The notes below the pieces were generated by a model. That model had not been told where the DNA came from. It ran no database searches and saw nothing but the letters and a program-made list of their open reading frames with translations. A program made the position numbers and the translations under genes. This document shows positions 42,331 through 52,583 of a DNA stretch of 64,000 bases, piece by piece. The first letter of the stretch is position 1. Each line of letters starts with the position of its first letter. The DNA comes from Desulfomonilia bacterium (GTDB lineage: Bacteria > Desulfobacterota > Desulfomonilia > UBA1062): the NCBI GenBank assembly GCA_963664325.2, contig CAXXDQ010000007.1, forward strand, positions 192,001 to 256,000, in the 5' to 3' direction.

Positions 42331-43674
42331 TCAGTGCCATTCATCAAGATTAACGAATTTTGTCATTTCGGGTATCCATTTCAGTTTAAATTCACTTGTA
42401 GGACCATTTCTGTGTTTTGCTATATTGATCTCAGCAATACCCTTATCCAGGGTCTCAGGATTGTAAACTTCATCCCGGTATATTAGTAATATAATATCTG
42501 CATCCTGTTCAATTGCCCCGGATTCTCTAAGTTCGGACATCATAGGTCTTTTGTCACCCCTTGCTTCGACATTTCTGTTAAGCTGGCTCAGTGCGATTAC
42601 AGGAATCTGAAACTCTTTGGCAATTGCTTTCATCGACCTTGATATCTCGGAGATTTCCTGTTCCCTGGAATCTGTTCTCCCTTTGATTTTCATAAGTTGC
42701 AGGTAATCGACTACCAAAAGCGCCAGGTCTTTTTCTTTTATTGCGAGCCTTCTCAGTTTTGCCCTTATTTCCATCGGAGATATTCCGGCAGTATCATCAA
42801 TATACATCGGGGCATCATAAATTTTTGCTGACGCCTTGGTGAGTTCAAGCCATTCTTCGCTTTTGAGATAGCGTGAATCTCTCAACCTGCCCTGAGGAAC
42901 ACCGGATATTGAAGACAGGATTCTCAAAAGCAGCTGATCTCTTCCCATCTCTAGCGAGAATATTGCAACTGGTCTGTTCTCATATACTGCGATGTGTTCG
43001 GCGATGTTCATTGCAAGGGATGTCTTACCCATTCCAGGCCGACCAGCTATTACTATAAGATCTGAAGAATGAATACCTCCCATTAGTCTTGTGTCAATAT
43101 CAGTAAATCCAGTTTTTGTACCGCCTTCCTCAATGCTGCCCTCTGAAATGAGCTTTATTCTGTCATAAAGGGTATTGACGAGTTCTTTTGCCTTGACTAA
43201 TCCGGATGTTTCATTCTTTATTTCCCTGTTTATATTAAAAATAATTTTTTCGGCCGATTCCACCGCATCTGAAACATCTCCAGCATTAGTCCTGGCAATT
43301 TTAACAATTTCATTTGCCCCGGCGATAAGCGATCTGATGATGGCCTTGTCTTTTATAATGCCTGCATAGTATCCGATGTCTGAAGTGGTCGGAACCCTGT
43401 CTGTAAGCTGGCCGATATAAGCTGCTCCTCCTGCGTTTTCAAGTTTTCCTTTCCTGTCAAGCGATTCCGCAAGAGTGATATAATCTATAGGGATGCCTTT
43501 ATCTCTTAGCAGAAGCATTTCTTCATAAAGCATCTTGTTTCTTTCTGAATAGAAATCTGCGTAAGAAAGGATATCAATAATTTCATCCAGGGCTGAGTTT
43601 TCAAGAAGAACAGCGCCAAGGATGAATTCTTCTGCATCCTTGTTATGAGGAAGAGTCGCAGTAGTATCTTCCAA
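42331..43674 (-). CDS. dnaB: Replicative DNA helicase
   Basis: AGRPGMGKT, FSLEM, VDYLQLM, LSQLNR, LRESGAIEQDAD, AKHRNGPT. Confidence 0.98.
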   Translation of the reverse strand: MEDTTATLPHNKDAEEFILGAVLLENSALDEIIDILSYADFYSERNKMLYEEMLLLRDKGIPIDYITLAESLDRKGKLENAGGAAYIGQLTDRVPTTSDIGYYAGIIKDKAIIRSLIAGANEIVKIARTNAGDVSDAVESAEKIIFNINREIKNETSGLVKAKELVNTLYDRIKLISEGSIEEGGTKTGFTDIDTRLMGGIHSSDLIVIAGRPGMGKTSLAMNIAEHIAVYENRPVAIFSLEMGRDQLLLRILSSISGVPQGRLRDSRYLKSEEWLELTKASAKIYDAPMYIDDTAGISPMEIRAKLRRLAIKEKDLALLVVDYLQLMKIKGRTDSREQEISEISRSMKAIAKEFQIPVIALSQLNRNVEARGDKRPMMSELRESGAIEQDADIILLIYRDEVYNPETLDKGIAEINIAKHRNGPTSEFKLKWIPEMTKFVNLDEWH

Positions 43675-43678
43675 GATA

Positions 43679-44125
43679 TCAACCCTCTGTCTTGACTTCC
43701 ACTTTAATTACTGCTGTTACTCCTGGATATAGTTTTATTGAAACATCGTGCGTTCCTGTGTGCTTTATAGGTTCGGTCAGATGGATTTTCTTCTTTTCAA
43801 TCTCAAAGCCTTTGTCTTTTAATGCACCTGAAATCTGTGCAGTAGTTAAGGAACCAAATAATTTTCCATCATCGCCTGATTTTACATTAAATCCCAGTGT
43901 AACGGCGGAGAGTTCTCCGGCAGCCCTTTGGGCATGATCTCTTGTTTTAGCTTCAGCCTTGATGCCGGCATCGATTTTGTCTTTAAATGTTTTTATAGCC
44001 CCCTTTGTTGCAGGCACTGCTTTGCCGCCCGGTATTAGATAATTCCTTGCATAACCATCCTTGACTTTAACTTCCTGGCCGACCGAACCCAGTTCCTCAA
44101 TTGTTTCTAACAATATTACCTTCAT
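43679..44125 (-). CDS. rplI: 50S ribosomal protein L9
   Basis: MKVILL, VKDGYARNYLIP, GKLFGS. Confidence 0.98.
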   Translation of the reverse strand: MKVILLETIEELGSVGQEVKVKDGYARNYLIPGGKAVPATKGAIKTFKDKIDAGIKAEAKTRDHAQRAAGELSAVTLGFNVKSGDDGKLFGSLTTAQISGALKDKGFEIEKKKIHLTEPIKHTGTHDVSIKLYPGVTAVIKVEVKTEG

Positions 44126-45039
44126 GTATGATCTCCTTTAATTTTTATGCGTTTTCTGAAATAAAACCAGTTGTCAAACAACCCCAAGAGTATTGCCATG
44201 ATCATTATATACATCTGTGTTATTATCAATAGATAAAAAAACATCCTCCATCCGGTCCATATTTTCATAGCGTCAAACATAAAAACCACAACTGAAAGCC
44301 CTTGGAAGAAATAGGCAATAGAAACGACTAAAAGCAAATTCAATCCTATCATGTGTATCTCTTTATTAGGCACAAGAGAACTTACAGAAGCAGCGATAAA
44401 TATTATTATTACCCAGTCGGGACAGCCCCACTGACTGAGATTCGTTTTCAAGGCCAGTTTTGAAGCAATGACAAGATTGAACCACATAACCATAGCAGTT
44501 CCAATGACAGTTAATGAGGGGAACAGCTTTACTATCCCTGCTTCAATAGAAGGTCTGCTGATACTGAAAGAGCTCAGATCACTTGGGTTTAATACTGTCG
44601 AATATTGTTTTAAAAAATTGTCCATAGTTGTTTTTACCCAAAGTGTGACTGTTTGATTGATTGTTGCCCCGCTTTTGTAGCTATATACTGCGATTATCGC
44701 GACAAATATTAACGAAGATACAATTGTCGGAATAAACACCGACATTCCTGGCAGATTCCTTTTGAGCATTTTCCACATCAGTAAACCACATGTAATAATA
44801 ATGAGGTAACTGAATGCCCCTTCAATGAATGCCGGAATCAGGCCTAGAGATACCGGGAAGAAAGCAACCACATATCTTAATATTCCACGAGTTCTGCTGG
44901 CAAATATACAATAAAGTGCAGGTAAAAAAAGCATTATGGTCATTACATATTCAGGTATGCAAACCAGGGCTGTTCCTGCAACAAGCAACACCCCGGCAGA
45001 AAGCCAGGGTGCTATATTTCCGGTCAATGCCGGCGGCAT
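44122..45039 (-). CDS. DUF2232/YybS-family membrane protein
   Basis: Polytopic, YFFQGLS...LGLFDNWFYFR. Typical position between rpsR and rplI. Confidence 0.85.
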   Translation of the reverse strand: MPPALTGNIAPWLSAGVLLVAGTALVCIPEYVMTIMLFLPALYCIFASRTRGILRYVVAFFPVSLGLIPAFIEGAFSYLIIITCGLLMWKMLKRNLPGMSVFIPTIVSSLIFVAIIAVYSYKSGATINQTVTLWVKTTMDNFLKQYSTVLNPSDLSSFSISRPSIEAGIVKLFPSLTVIGTAMVMWFNLVIASKLALKTNLSQWGCPDWVIIIFIAASVSSLVPNKEIHMIGLNLLLVVSIAYFFQGLSVVVFMFDAMKIWTGWRMFFYLLIITQMYIMIMAILLGLFDNWFYFRKRIKIKGDHT

Positions 45040-45042
45040 ATC

Positions 45043-45309
45043 CTAACTGTGAACTGTAAACGGCAGAAGGGCTATCATGCGAGCTCTTTTTATTTCAATA
45101 GCGAGCTCTCTCTGATGACGAGAACATGTCCCGGTGATTCTTCTTGGAAGGATCTTCCCCCTGTCCGTAATGTAATCTTTAAGAACCTGGAAATCCTTAT
45201 AGTCTATTTTCAGTTTTTTATCTTCACAGAACCTGCAGCTCTTTTTCTTGAAAAATGTCCTGGATTTGTTTGGGGATGCTGATTGTTTAGGTTTTCTTGG
45301 CCTTTCCAT
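45043..45309 (-). CDS. rpsR: 30S ribosomal protein S18
   Basis: [31 protein letters not shown]. Confidence 0.98.
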   Translation of the reverse strand: MERPRKPKQSASPNKSRTFFKKKSCRFCEDKKLKIDYKDFQVLKDYITDRGKILPRRITGTCSRHQRELAIEIKRARMIALLPFTVHS

Positions 45310-45311
45310 AT

Positions 45312-45740
45312 CTATACCTCCTCTATCGTATTGGAGGCTGCGGATTCGGTATTGTCCTCCACCTTATCATTTTCTTCAACTGTTTCACGGATTTCTTCTG
45401 CATCCCCGGTTGGAGCCGGCATAACCACGGCTTTTTCAAGATCTTCCCTCTTAACATGCTCGTCCAACTTGATGATCATGAAACGCAATACGTTTTCATC
45501 GATCCTCAATGTACGCTCAATTTCGGAAAGCATTTGTCCGGGACCTTCCAGATAACTGAGGAAATAATGACCTTTTGACTTTTTTTCAATTTTGTAGGCC
45601 ATGGTTTTTATGCCCATGTCCTCAATCCTGATTACCTCGCCATCGTTCTTTTTGACATTGTTTGTGAACCGCGTAATGACCTTTTCGATTGCATCTTCTC
45701 TAAGTTCTGGGTTGATGATTTTCATGAGTTCGTAAAACAT
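45312..45740 (-). CDS. rpsF: 30S ribosomal protein S6
   Basis: [30 protein letters not shown], acidic tail. Confidence 0.96.
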   Translation of the reverse strand: MFYELMKIINPELREDAIEKVITRFTNNVKKNDGEVIRIEDMGIKTMAYKIEKKSKGHYFLSYLEGPGQMLSEIERTLRIDENVLRFMIIKLDEHVKREDLEKAVVMPAPTGDAEEIRETVEENDKVEDNTESAASNTIEEV

Positions 45741-45745
45741 CTAAT

Positions 45746-45788
45746 CCTCCTTATGGATTTTTTAGCCCCGTCGGGAGCAAGGAGCGCG
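45746..45788 (-). promoter_or_regulatory. Putative S6:S18-responsive rpsF leader
   Basis: CTCCTT-GCTCC-cgac-GGGGC...AAGGAGG: an anti-SD/SD stem enclosing an inner hairpin, the architecture of known rpsF leaders. Confidence 0.6.
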
Positions 45789-45888
45789 TTTCTAATATAA
45801 CAAACACTTTTCATATTCAAGAGTGTTTTTCTAATTATTTGATGTCTGATAAAAGATATGTCATAACTGGATCGGGGAAGATGCTGTA

Positions 45889-46791
45889 TTATGTGGTGTG
45901 AATACCACGTTCGATAAATATTCGTTCATATGCCTTGAGCTGTTCGGGCTTCATGAATTTCTTCATTTTTTCCGGGATAAGGCGTGCTCCTCCAAATTTC
46001 TCCAGTTTGTACGGCCACAACGGATTATATGCAAGCAGCCTGACCCTGTCAAAGCCGCATGAGATAAGAAAATCAGCGACTGCATTAAGGTTAGAGTCAG
46101 TATCGGTAATACCTGGTACAAGAGGTACCCTTGGAAGTATTTCCTTGTCTTTCATATTGGAGAGTACCCTGAAGTTTTCAAGGATATTCTCGTTACTTAC
46201 TCCACAATATCTTTTATGTTCATTGTCGTCTAAAAGTTTGATGTCAAAATATATTTCATCAAGTTTAGGATATATTTTTTCAAGAAATGAGACCATATCA
46301 AAAAAGCCGCAGGTTTCAAGCAAGGTGTGTATCTTGTGCCTTTTCAATTCTGTCAGAAGCTCAGAACAGAAATCCATGAACATGGTCGGTTCTCCACCTG
46401 AAAGAGTAACACCGCCGCCGGATGTATCAAAAAAAGGTTTGTCATTTACAACACACGCCACAATATTTTCAATACTCATGCTTTTTCCTACAATACCGAG
46501 TGCGCCTGTAGGGCAGATGCTTGTGCAGGTAAAACACTCCAGACACCTTGAACGATCAACTCTATGTTTGTCATCATAGGTTATTGCATCTTGGCTGCAA
46601 ATCACTGCACAGGCAAGGCATTTAATGCATTCCTTGCTGTCGAATGAATGTTCGAACCATGGTTTCATGCCTTCCGGATTATGGCACCAGACACATGACA
46701 GGGGACAGCCTTTCATGAAAATGACGGTCCTTATTCCTGGACCGTCATCAAGGGAATTGCCCTTTATTTCGAATATCAGCGGTTTCTTCAT
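45889..46791 (-). CDS. Glycyl-radical enzyme activating enzyme (radical SAM with ferredoxin insert)
   Basis: DDGPGIRT, GCPLSCVWCHNPE, two CxxCxxCxxxC motifs, GGVTLSGGEP. Confidence 0.96.
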   Translation of the reverse strand: MKKPLIFEIKGNSLDDGPGIRTVIFMKGCPLSCVWCHNPEGMKPWFEHSFDSKECIKCLACAVICSQDAITYDDKHRVDRSRCLECFTCTSICPTGALGIVGKSMSIENIVACVVNDKPFFDTSGGGVTLSGGEPTMFMDFCSELLTELKRHKIHTLLETCGFFDMVSFLEKIYPKLDEIYFDIKLLDDNEHKRYCGVSNENILENFRVLSNMKDKEILPRVPLVPGITDTDSNLNAVADFLISCGFDRVRLLAYNPLWPYKLEKFGGARLIPEKMKKFMKPEQLKAYERIFIERGIHTT

Positions 46792-49748
46792 ATACCGTAT
46801 TCGGCCCTTTCAATAAGTTCAATCTGCATGTCATGGTTGAGCGTTGTGAAATATGCATTGTATCCGGAGATCCTGACAAGCAAATGCTGGTAGTTTTCAG
46901 GATTAAGCATGGCATCCCTCAGTGTATCGGTCGAAACGACATTGAACTGCATCTGCATTCCGCCAAGGTCGCTGTAGGTCTTGATATAGGAATAAATGTG
47001 CTCGACAGAGTCTTCATGTGAATCTGCTGCTGAAGGAACGACTTTGACATTGAATGCAATGTTATTATTCATGTTGAGAGGGTCAAGCCCGGAAACATCT
47101 CGGATATTATCAAGCAGGTTCTTCGATGCATGGGCTTCGGGGGTAAGTCCCGGCGTAAAGGCCTTTCCTGAAAGCCTGCCTGACGGGAGCGCCCCTGTCA
47201 GGCTGCCGAAGGCTACATGATTCGACATTGACCAAAATCCCGCCGTATAAGGCCCTCCCCTGAAATTCCTATGGGCACCATAGCAGTCATGAGCAAATTT
47301 TGTTATCCTGTTCGCTATTCCGAGGGCTTCTGACGAGCCTGAGCCGAAAAGCGGCACCTTTTTTCTGGCCATTGCATGAAGAGCCGGATCATTTATGAAA
47401 TTATTCCTTACGGCTTCCTTCATTTTTGTAAAACTTACTTTCTTTTCTTCAAACACAAGTTTTTTTATTACCATCATTGAATCAGTAATGTCAGCAAGGC
47501 CTATACATGCCGCACCGGAAGAGTTATGCTTTGCTCCGCCCTTTGTCATATCAATACCGCTCTTTATGCCATTATCGATAAGGGATGAAATAAAAGGCGT
47601 AGGCCTTATTATGCTGTGAGCCTCACCGAGTATGTTGTTGTATTCAATCGAATTATCAATCAGGAACCTGAACTGATCGGTAAAGGCCTTATAGAAACTT
47701 TCAAAGGAGTCGAAGTCCTCACCAGTTTTAGGTCCGACCGATAGATTCATCAGAGGATGCCGGCCGTTATTAAGCGCCATCTCAAGTGCAGCGACCATAT
47801 TCATCATCATGCAGTTCGTGTGGCCTATATGCTTTCCTGAAAGGGTCGGCTCCACGCAACCTGTTGCCGACCAGTCCCTGAGATCTTCCAAGGGGTAGGA
47901 AAATTCCTCGAGTGATTTCATCACTGCCGTATCGCTGTGGATCGAAGGCGTTGCCGTTGTGATAAGATTTACTTCGGAGAGGCGCCTGAGATAGGTATCA
48001 CTGTTTTTTTCCTTGTTATAGCGGGCGTTGACATTAGGATCTCTTATCCCAAGCATCTCGGTAACCTTGAGGAAAATGTACGTCATGTCATTAACGGCAT
48101 CATCGCCTTCGGGGGTGACACCTCCGAGGGTGATGGCCTGATCGGATGAACTGCCTCCAAAAAGATAATTCCCAATGTCAGGTATTAGCGGGAGATGGTC
48201 TGTGCACCTCATATAGAAACAGCCGACAAGCTCCAGGGCTTTTTTTATGTAGGCCTTCTGTTCATCTATTGTTTTAAGTTTGTCAATGTCAGAGGTAAAG
48301 AAAGGCTGCAGCCACTGATCGAGCCTTCCGAAAGAAAAACCTGCATTCGTGTTTTCCATATGAACACCAACCCATCCGATCCACAAACAATTCACAGCCT
48401 CATCAAGCGTTTCACAGGGATTTTCAGGTACTTTGGAACAGATTTCTGAAATTCTTAATAGCTCTTTCTTCCTTGCCGGATCATTTACATTTTCTGCATC
48501 TGCCGCTGCCTGAAGTGAAAGATTTCTGGCATAGGATGCAAGGCCTTCGAGACAGAGTATCATGGCGTTTAATGTTGCAATTTTTGTTTTTTCTGTTGGA
48601 TCGACATGCAAAAGCTCTTTTTCAATCTCACTTATAATCCCTTTTGTTCCAAGCCTGAAAAGCTTCGGGAAGTCACAGATCGTGTGTGAGAGTGCAACAG
48701 TCTTCCACAGGAAATAGACCGCAAAGCGCTCGTCGAGCTGCTGGCAAAGCGGGTTGTTATATTTTGACCTTACCCATTCCCTGACATTTTTCCTGGCCCA
48801 ATAGGGGAAGACATCATGGTGAAGCATATTTATCGTTTCAACAGACACGTCATACGGGTTCAAGGGCCTGTAAGGCGCTGTCAGCAGTTCACCCCAGATA
48901 AGAGTCCCGCTTGTGTCAGGGTAAATTACTACGCCGATCGGTTTGGTGGTTGTTGTACCTGCTATCAGGTCGTTCTCGGCAATAATGGGTTTCCTGTTTT
49001 CCATCAGATACTTGAATGCATAACCTTGTCTGAGTTCGGCTTCCCAGGCCGTTCCGTCAGGTTTGAATTCAAACCCGTTATTCCTGAAAAATTCGGTCAG
49101 CAGCACGGGTCTTTCAGCACAGATTTCAGGCCTGTGCGAGAAATGTCTGTCAAGTGATGTGCTGAGCCTGGGAAAGTCTTCCAGCGAGTAATGGCTGAGA
49201 TAAGGATCTTCAAGGTGCTTTACACCAGGGTCAATCGACAGGGTTTTCAGTCTGGTCCTTTTTTTCTCAATCGCAACAGGTTTGCAAGTCTTTTGCTTTG
49301 CTTCAGCCTTTTTCACTTTTTCAATCTCCTGAGACCTGAGCATTGTGCTGATCTGCTTGTTTTTCATCAGGACCGATATAAGGAAGTTAAAGACCTGCAG
49401 ATAGCACATATTGCCCTGAGTAATCATGCGGTTTTTAAGTAGCAGGTTAAGAACTTCGTTAGGCGGCAGGTTTATCATCTGCCTGAGCGTTTCTTCATCA
49501 GTAAATACAAGGCTGCAGTCGGCATCATACGGAATACCGTCGTGGACTTTGGCTTTACCGTTTTTAAATGAAATAGACTTGTTTACCGAATTGTTTACTG
49601 TTCTGATTCCAACCGTAAAATCAATCCATCCGTCAACTGAACGCAGGTATTTCCTGATTCCCGGCCTGAGGTTGACATTTGCGGCCATAAGCTTGAGGAG
49701 TATTCCGGCCAGTACGTTTGTCGGCGACTTGAAAATTTCTTTCACCAT
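46788..49748 (-). CDS. Glycyl radical enzyme (eliminase-type Cys loop) with N-terminal SCP2-like domain
   Basis: Cys loop ATGCVEP and Gly loop LVRISGYNAYF. The N-terminal ~125 aa (FKNGKAKVHDG...ADCSLVF...LLKNRMITQGN) resembles SCP2. Adjacent activase. Confidence 0.9.
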   Translation of the reverse strand: MVKEIFKSPTNVLAGILLKLMAANVNLRPGIRKYLRSVDGWIDFTVGIRTVNNSVNKSISFKNGKAKVHDGIPYDADCSLVFTDEETLRQMINLPPNEVLNLLLKNRMITQGNMCYLQVFNFLISVLMKNKQISTMLRSQEIEKVKKAEAKQKTCKPVAIEKKRTRLKTLSIDPGVKHLEDPYLSHYSLEDFPRLSTSLDRHFSHRPEICAERPVLLTEFFRNNGFEFKPDGTAWEAELRQGYAFKYLMENRKPIIAENDLIAGTTTTKPIGVVIYPDTSGTLIWGELLTAPYRPLNPYDVSVETINMLHHDVFPYWARKNVREWVRSKYNNPLCQQLDERFAVYFLWKTVALSHTICDFPKLFRLGTKGIISEIEKELLHVDPTEKTKIATLNAMILCLEGLASYARNLSLQAAADAENVNDPARKKELLRISEICSKVPENPCETLDEAVNCLWIGWVGVHMENTNAGFSFGRLDQWLQPFFTSDIDKLKTIDEQKAYIKKALELVGCFYMRCTDHLPLIPDIGNYLFGGSSSDQAITLGGVTPEGDDAVNDMTYIFLKVTEMLGIRDPNVNARYNKEKNSDTYLRRLSEVNLITTATPSIHSDTAVMKSLEEFSYPLEDLRDWSATGCVEPTLSGKHIGHTNCMMMNMVAALEMALNNGRHPLMNLSVGPKTGEDFDSFESFYKAFTDQFRFLIDNSIEYNNILGEAHSIIRPTPFISSLIDNGIKSGIDMTKGGAKHNSSGAACIGLADITDSMMVIKKLVFEEKKVSFTKMKEAVRNNFINDPALHAMARKKVPLFGSGSSEALGIANRITKFAHDCYGAHRNFRGGPYTAGFWSMSNHVAFGSLTGALPSGRLSGKAFTPGLTPEAHASKNLLDNIRDVSGLDPLNMNNNIAFNVKVVPSAADSHEDSVEHIYSYIKTYSDLGGMQMQFNVVSTDTLRDAMLNPENYQHLLVRISGYNAYFTTLNHDMQIELIERAEYGI

Positions 49749-49802
49749 ACCTACCCCCTGCACATGATTGTTATACGGTGATAAATGATGCACAATTATC
49801 CG

Positions 49803-49833
49803 ATATTAATTAATATGTGTCCAGATATTTGGA
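49803..49833. promoter_or_regulatory. Candidate TetR operator palindromes upstream of the GRE
   Basis: Perfect ATATTAATTAATAT (49803-49816) and 12/14 TCCAGATATTTGGA (49820-49833). Confidence 0.3.
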
Positions 49834-49901
49834 TTACGGCATGAAAACAAGGTTAGGTTATAAATTTACGCTTGAAGAAAATTGGAATGAGCACCGTAAT
49901 G

Positions 49902-50528
49902 CTACTGCCTGTATGAAAGTATGATGTCCTCGATAATCCTTTCAGCCATCATTTCAATTTCCGGCTCGACCTTTTTTAGTCCATGGCCGTTGCAAAGGTT
50001 AACAACACCATTGAGCAGCATCCATATCTTAATCACATTATACATTATATCATCTTCTTCCAGATAAGGGACTGCATCCTTCATGGCCGAAAAGGCAACT
50101 TCAATGACCTTCATGGCGATCTGCCTTTCCTCCTGAACAGCTTTCTCCATATCAGTGCCTGCATAGTCGATATATCTGGACAAATTCCGGCTGAACATTA
50201 TTTCATAGTAATCCGGATTCTTTATCCCGAAGTCTATGAATATTCTGATGATAGCTTCAAGCCTTTGAAGAGGGTCATTATTATTCCTGAATATCTTATT
50301 GATTATCATATAAAGTTTTTCAAAGCCCCGGGCCTGAATAAGAAGATATATTTCATCCTTATTATTGTAGTAGTTATAGATATTGGCAGCTGTCATACCA
50401 AGCCGTGATGCAAGCTTTCTCATGCTCAGATTTGAGAACCCGTCATTCACGATTATATTGAGAGCAGCCCTTAATATCCTGTCTTTGACGCTTAATATTT
50501 CTTCTGCTTTTCTTGCTGTTTTAGCCAT
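49902..50528 (-). CDS. TetR/AcrR-family regulator
   Basis: ILRAAL...GFSNLSMRKLASRLGMTAANIYNYYNNKDEI HTH. Confidence 0.94.
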   Translation of the reverse strand: MAKTARKAEEILSVKDRILRAALNIIVNDGFSNLSMRKLASRLGMTAANIYNYYNNKDEIYLLIQARGFEKLYMIINKIFRNNNDPLQRLEAIIRIFIDFGIKNPDYYEIMFSRNLSRYIDYAGTDMEKAVQEERQIAMKVIEVAFSAMKDAVPYLEEDDIMYNVIKIWMLLNGVVNLCNGHGLKKVEPEIEMMAERIIEDIILSYRQ

Positions 50529-50549
50529 GACGCACCTTCACATGAAAAA

Positions 50550-52550
50550 TTATTTTAAAATTGCTCCAATCGCGAGATAACCTCCGTTCGCCTTAAGCCC
50601 TATAAGTCCCATCTCAAAGACCGGCAAGTCATTACAAATTGCGGCTATCAATTTGTTGTTATCTTTATTCAGTTCTGTCAGAAGCTCTTTGGCCCTGGCA
50701 TCATCAATTACCAGCGGTGTTTTCTCAAGCCAGGGTTTCATGAGTTCAAGTATCTGGGGCATCAGATTTTTAACAGCTCTTTCGATATCAATGGCTTTTT
50801 CAAGACCAAGCCTGTCTGCAAGATAGTAAATATTGAATTCATTGAGCTTCAGATTGAGTCTGAGATAAGGATTGCCACCCTGAAAAAATACTTGTGTTTC
50901 TACTTCCGTAACAAGATCAATGGCGACTTCAAGCTGCTGGCTAGCATTCATGTAAAGGCCTGTTTTCAGGTTTGGCACATAGAGTTTTATTATCCCGTCT
51001 CTGAAATCAAGGAAAGGCGGTCCGCCAAACACAATATCCGCTTTCATGTCGGCTGGAAGTCCGAGGTCGGGCAGAAGCTTTCCGACCTCAAGGCTCAGAC
51101 CGAACCCGGCCTCGTTCAATGCCGCGAGCATGCCGTTTATCGAATCGGCTGATACTGCCAAAGCCATATTATCATCAATCTTTACTGTATCAAGAGCTTC
51201 AGACAGGGTTATTAATGGCGGAAGGCTTATCACACCATTATCCTTACCCGAATTTGATTTTTCTCCAAGACCTGCCATTAATCCGATATTATCTGTTGCT
51301 CCCGTGAATTTTTCCAGTTCCGCGCTAATCGATAAATCCCTTATGCCGAGAATCGAATCAATGAGCTCATTTTTCCCTTTTTCAGGCAGTATGCTTTCAT
51401 CAATAGTAATCGGAGGAATGTTGGTTATTATAAGACCAAGACCTTTCTTATTGACTAAAGTGTTTAGCGCATTGCTGACAATACCCGCAAGCCACCCCTT
51501 AACCGGGAGCTTCATGTAGTATGTATCGGGGCTCAACCCGAGGCCGTCGAGGAAATTTGTCAGTATGATCATGCTGGGGATGTCGGCTTCAAGTTCTTTA
51601 AGGTTGAGATCAAGCGATGAGATTTTCACGACTAATCCATTGATATCCTTTATCCCCATCTTGAGAGAAAGGTCTGCTGAAATGGCATATAGTTCAAGAA
51701 CAACCTTTGTATCTGCAAGACCACCTGGAAATTTAATGTCGCCAAGACTAATGAATTTAATATCAGCTGATATCTCGATCCCTTTGAGATTCATATCGGT
51801 AAAGAGTCTTGCCGTATCGGCATCTCCTGGTTCATTGGCATATAACTGGTTTATCGATACATCAAAACCTGTTTTGATGTTTATTCCCGTCAGCTTCAAA
51901 TCAGCGACAGCCTTGAATGGTTCGGTGATTTCCACCGTTATATAATGGTCCGTATCAAAGTCCTTTTTGCCGACAGATTCATTGAGGAGGTCAGCTATGA
52001 CAGATGTGAACTCAGTTGGCAGGGCAAGTGTGGAGTTGCCTAATATCACTCCCACCGCATTACTTGATTTTGTTCCGGATGCGACACTTGGCCCCCTTAA
52101 TAGTGAAGTTCTGTCGCGACCAGCATATCCCTTCGCATCAATGGCCGAAGCTTCAATTGCTACAAACGGGCTCGAATCAGAAGGCAGAGGTAGCTCGACT
52201 GAAAAGCTGTTGTCAGAAGAAATATGAGCATCCGAACCATTAACAAGAAGTGAAACAATCTTCTGATTACCATTACTGACGGTCCCTGTGACGACTATGC
52301 TCTGCTGGTCCAAACCTATTACCTTCCCGCTTGAGGGGTATGTTATTCTCACAACAGGTGGAACATATCCCTCTGGATAGTTGATGCTGCCTCCCGGCTC
52401 TTCTCCAGTTGGTCCGGCAGTGTATTCAGTCTGTGGTCTGTAATCCTCGGTACCGATTCCCCCCGAACCTGAACATCCCGAAAGCATGCCCAGCAATATA
52501 ATAAAAAGCACTGTATATATCTTTTTTAAAGTCTTTTCATTGTTCCCCAT
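50550..52550 (-). CDS. Lipoprotein with Ig-like domain and probable LBP/BPI (TULIP)-like region
   Basis: Lipobox LSGC. PVVRITYP...VTGTVS...VNG Ig-like domain. Long amphipathic beta-rich remainder (LAVSADSINGML, PPFLDF). Confidence 0.55.
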   Translation of the reverse strand: MGNNEKTLKKIYTVLFIILLGMLSGCSGSGGIGTEDYRPQTEYTAGPTGEEPGGSINYPEGYVPPVVRITYPSSGKVIGLDQQSIVVTGTVSNGNQKIVSLLVNGSDAHISSDNSFSVELPLPSDSSPFVAIEASAIDAKGYAGRDRTSLLRGPSVASGTKSSNAVGVILGNSTLALPTEFTSVIADLLNESVGKKDFDTDHYITVEITEPFKAVADLKLTGINIKTGFDVSINQLYANEPGDADTARLFTDMNLKGIEISADIKFISLGDIKFPGGLADTKVVLELYAISADLSLKMGIKDINGLVVKISSLDLNLKELEADIPSMIILTNFLDGLGLSPDTYYMKLPVKGWLAGIVSNALNTLVNKKGLGLIITNIPPITIDESILPEKGKNELIDSILGIRDLSISAELEKFTGATDNIGLMAGLGEKSNSGKDNGVISLPPLITLSEALDTVKIDDNMALAVSADSINGMLAALNEAGFGLSLEVGKLLPDLGLPADMKADIVFGGPPFLDFRDGIIKLYVPNLKTGLYMNASQQLEVAIDLVTEVETQVFFQGGNPYLRLNLKLNEFNIYYLADRLGLEKAIDIERAVKNLMPQILELMKPWLEKTPLVIDDARAKELLTELNKDNNKLIAAICNDLPVFEMGLIGLKANGGYLAIGAILK

Positions 52551-52583
52551 TTTGAAGCCTCCTCGACGTTTCCTTCACGAATT

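Noticed and set aside
46788-49748. Calling the GRE pyruvate formate-lyase or an alkyl/benzylsuccinate synthase
   Set aside because: It has a single-Cys GCVEP loop rather than CC, retains the Glu, and has no small accessory subunit genes.
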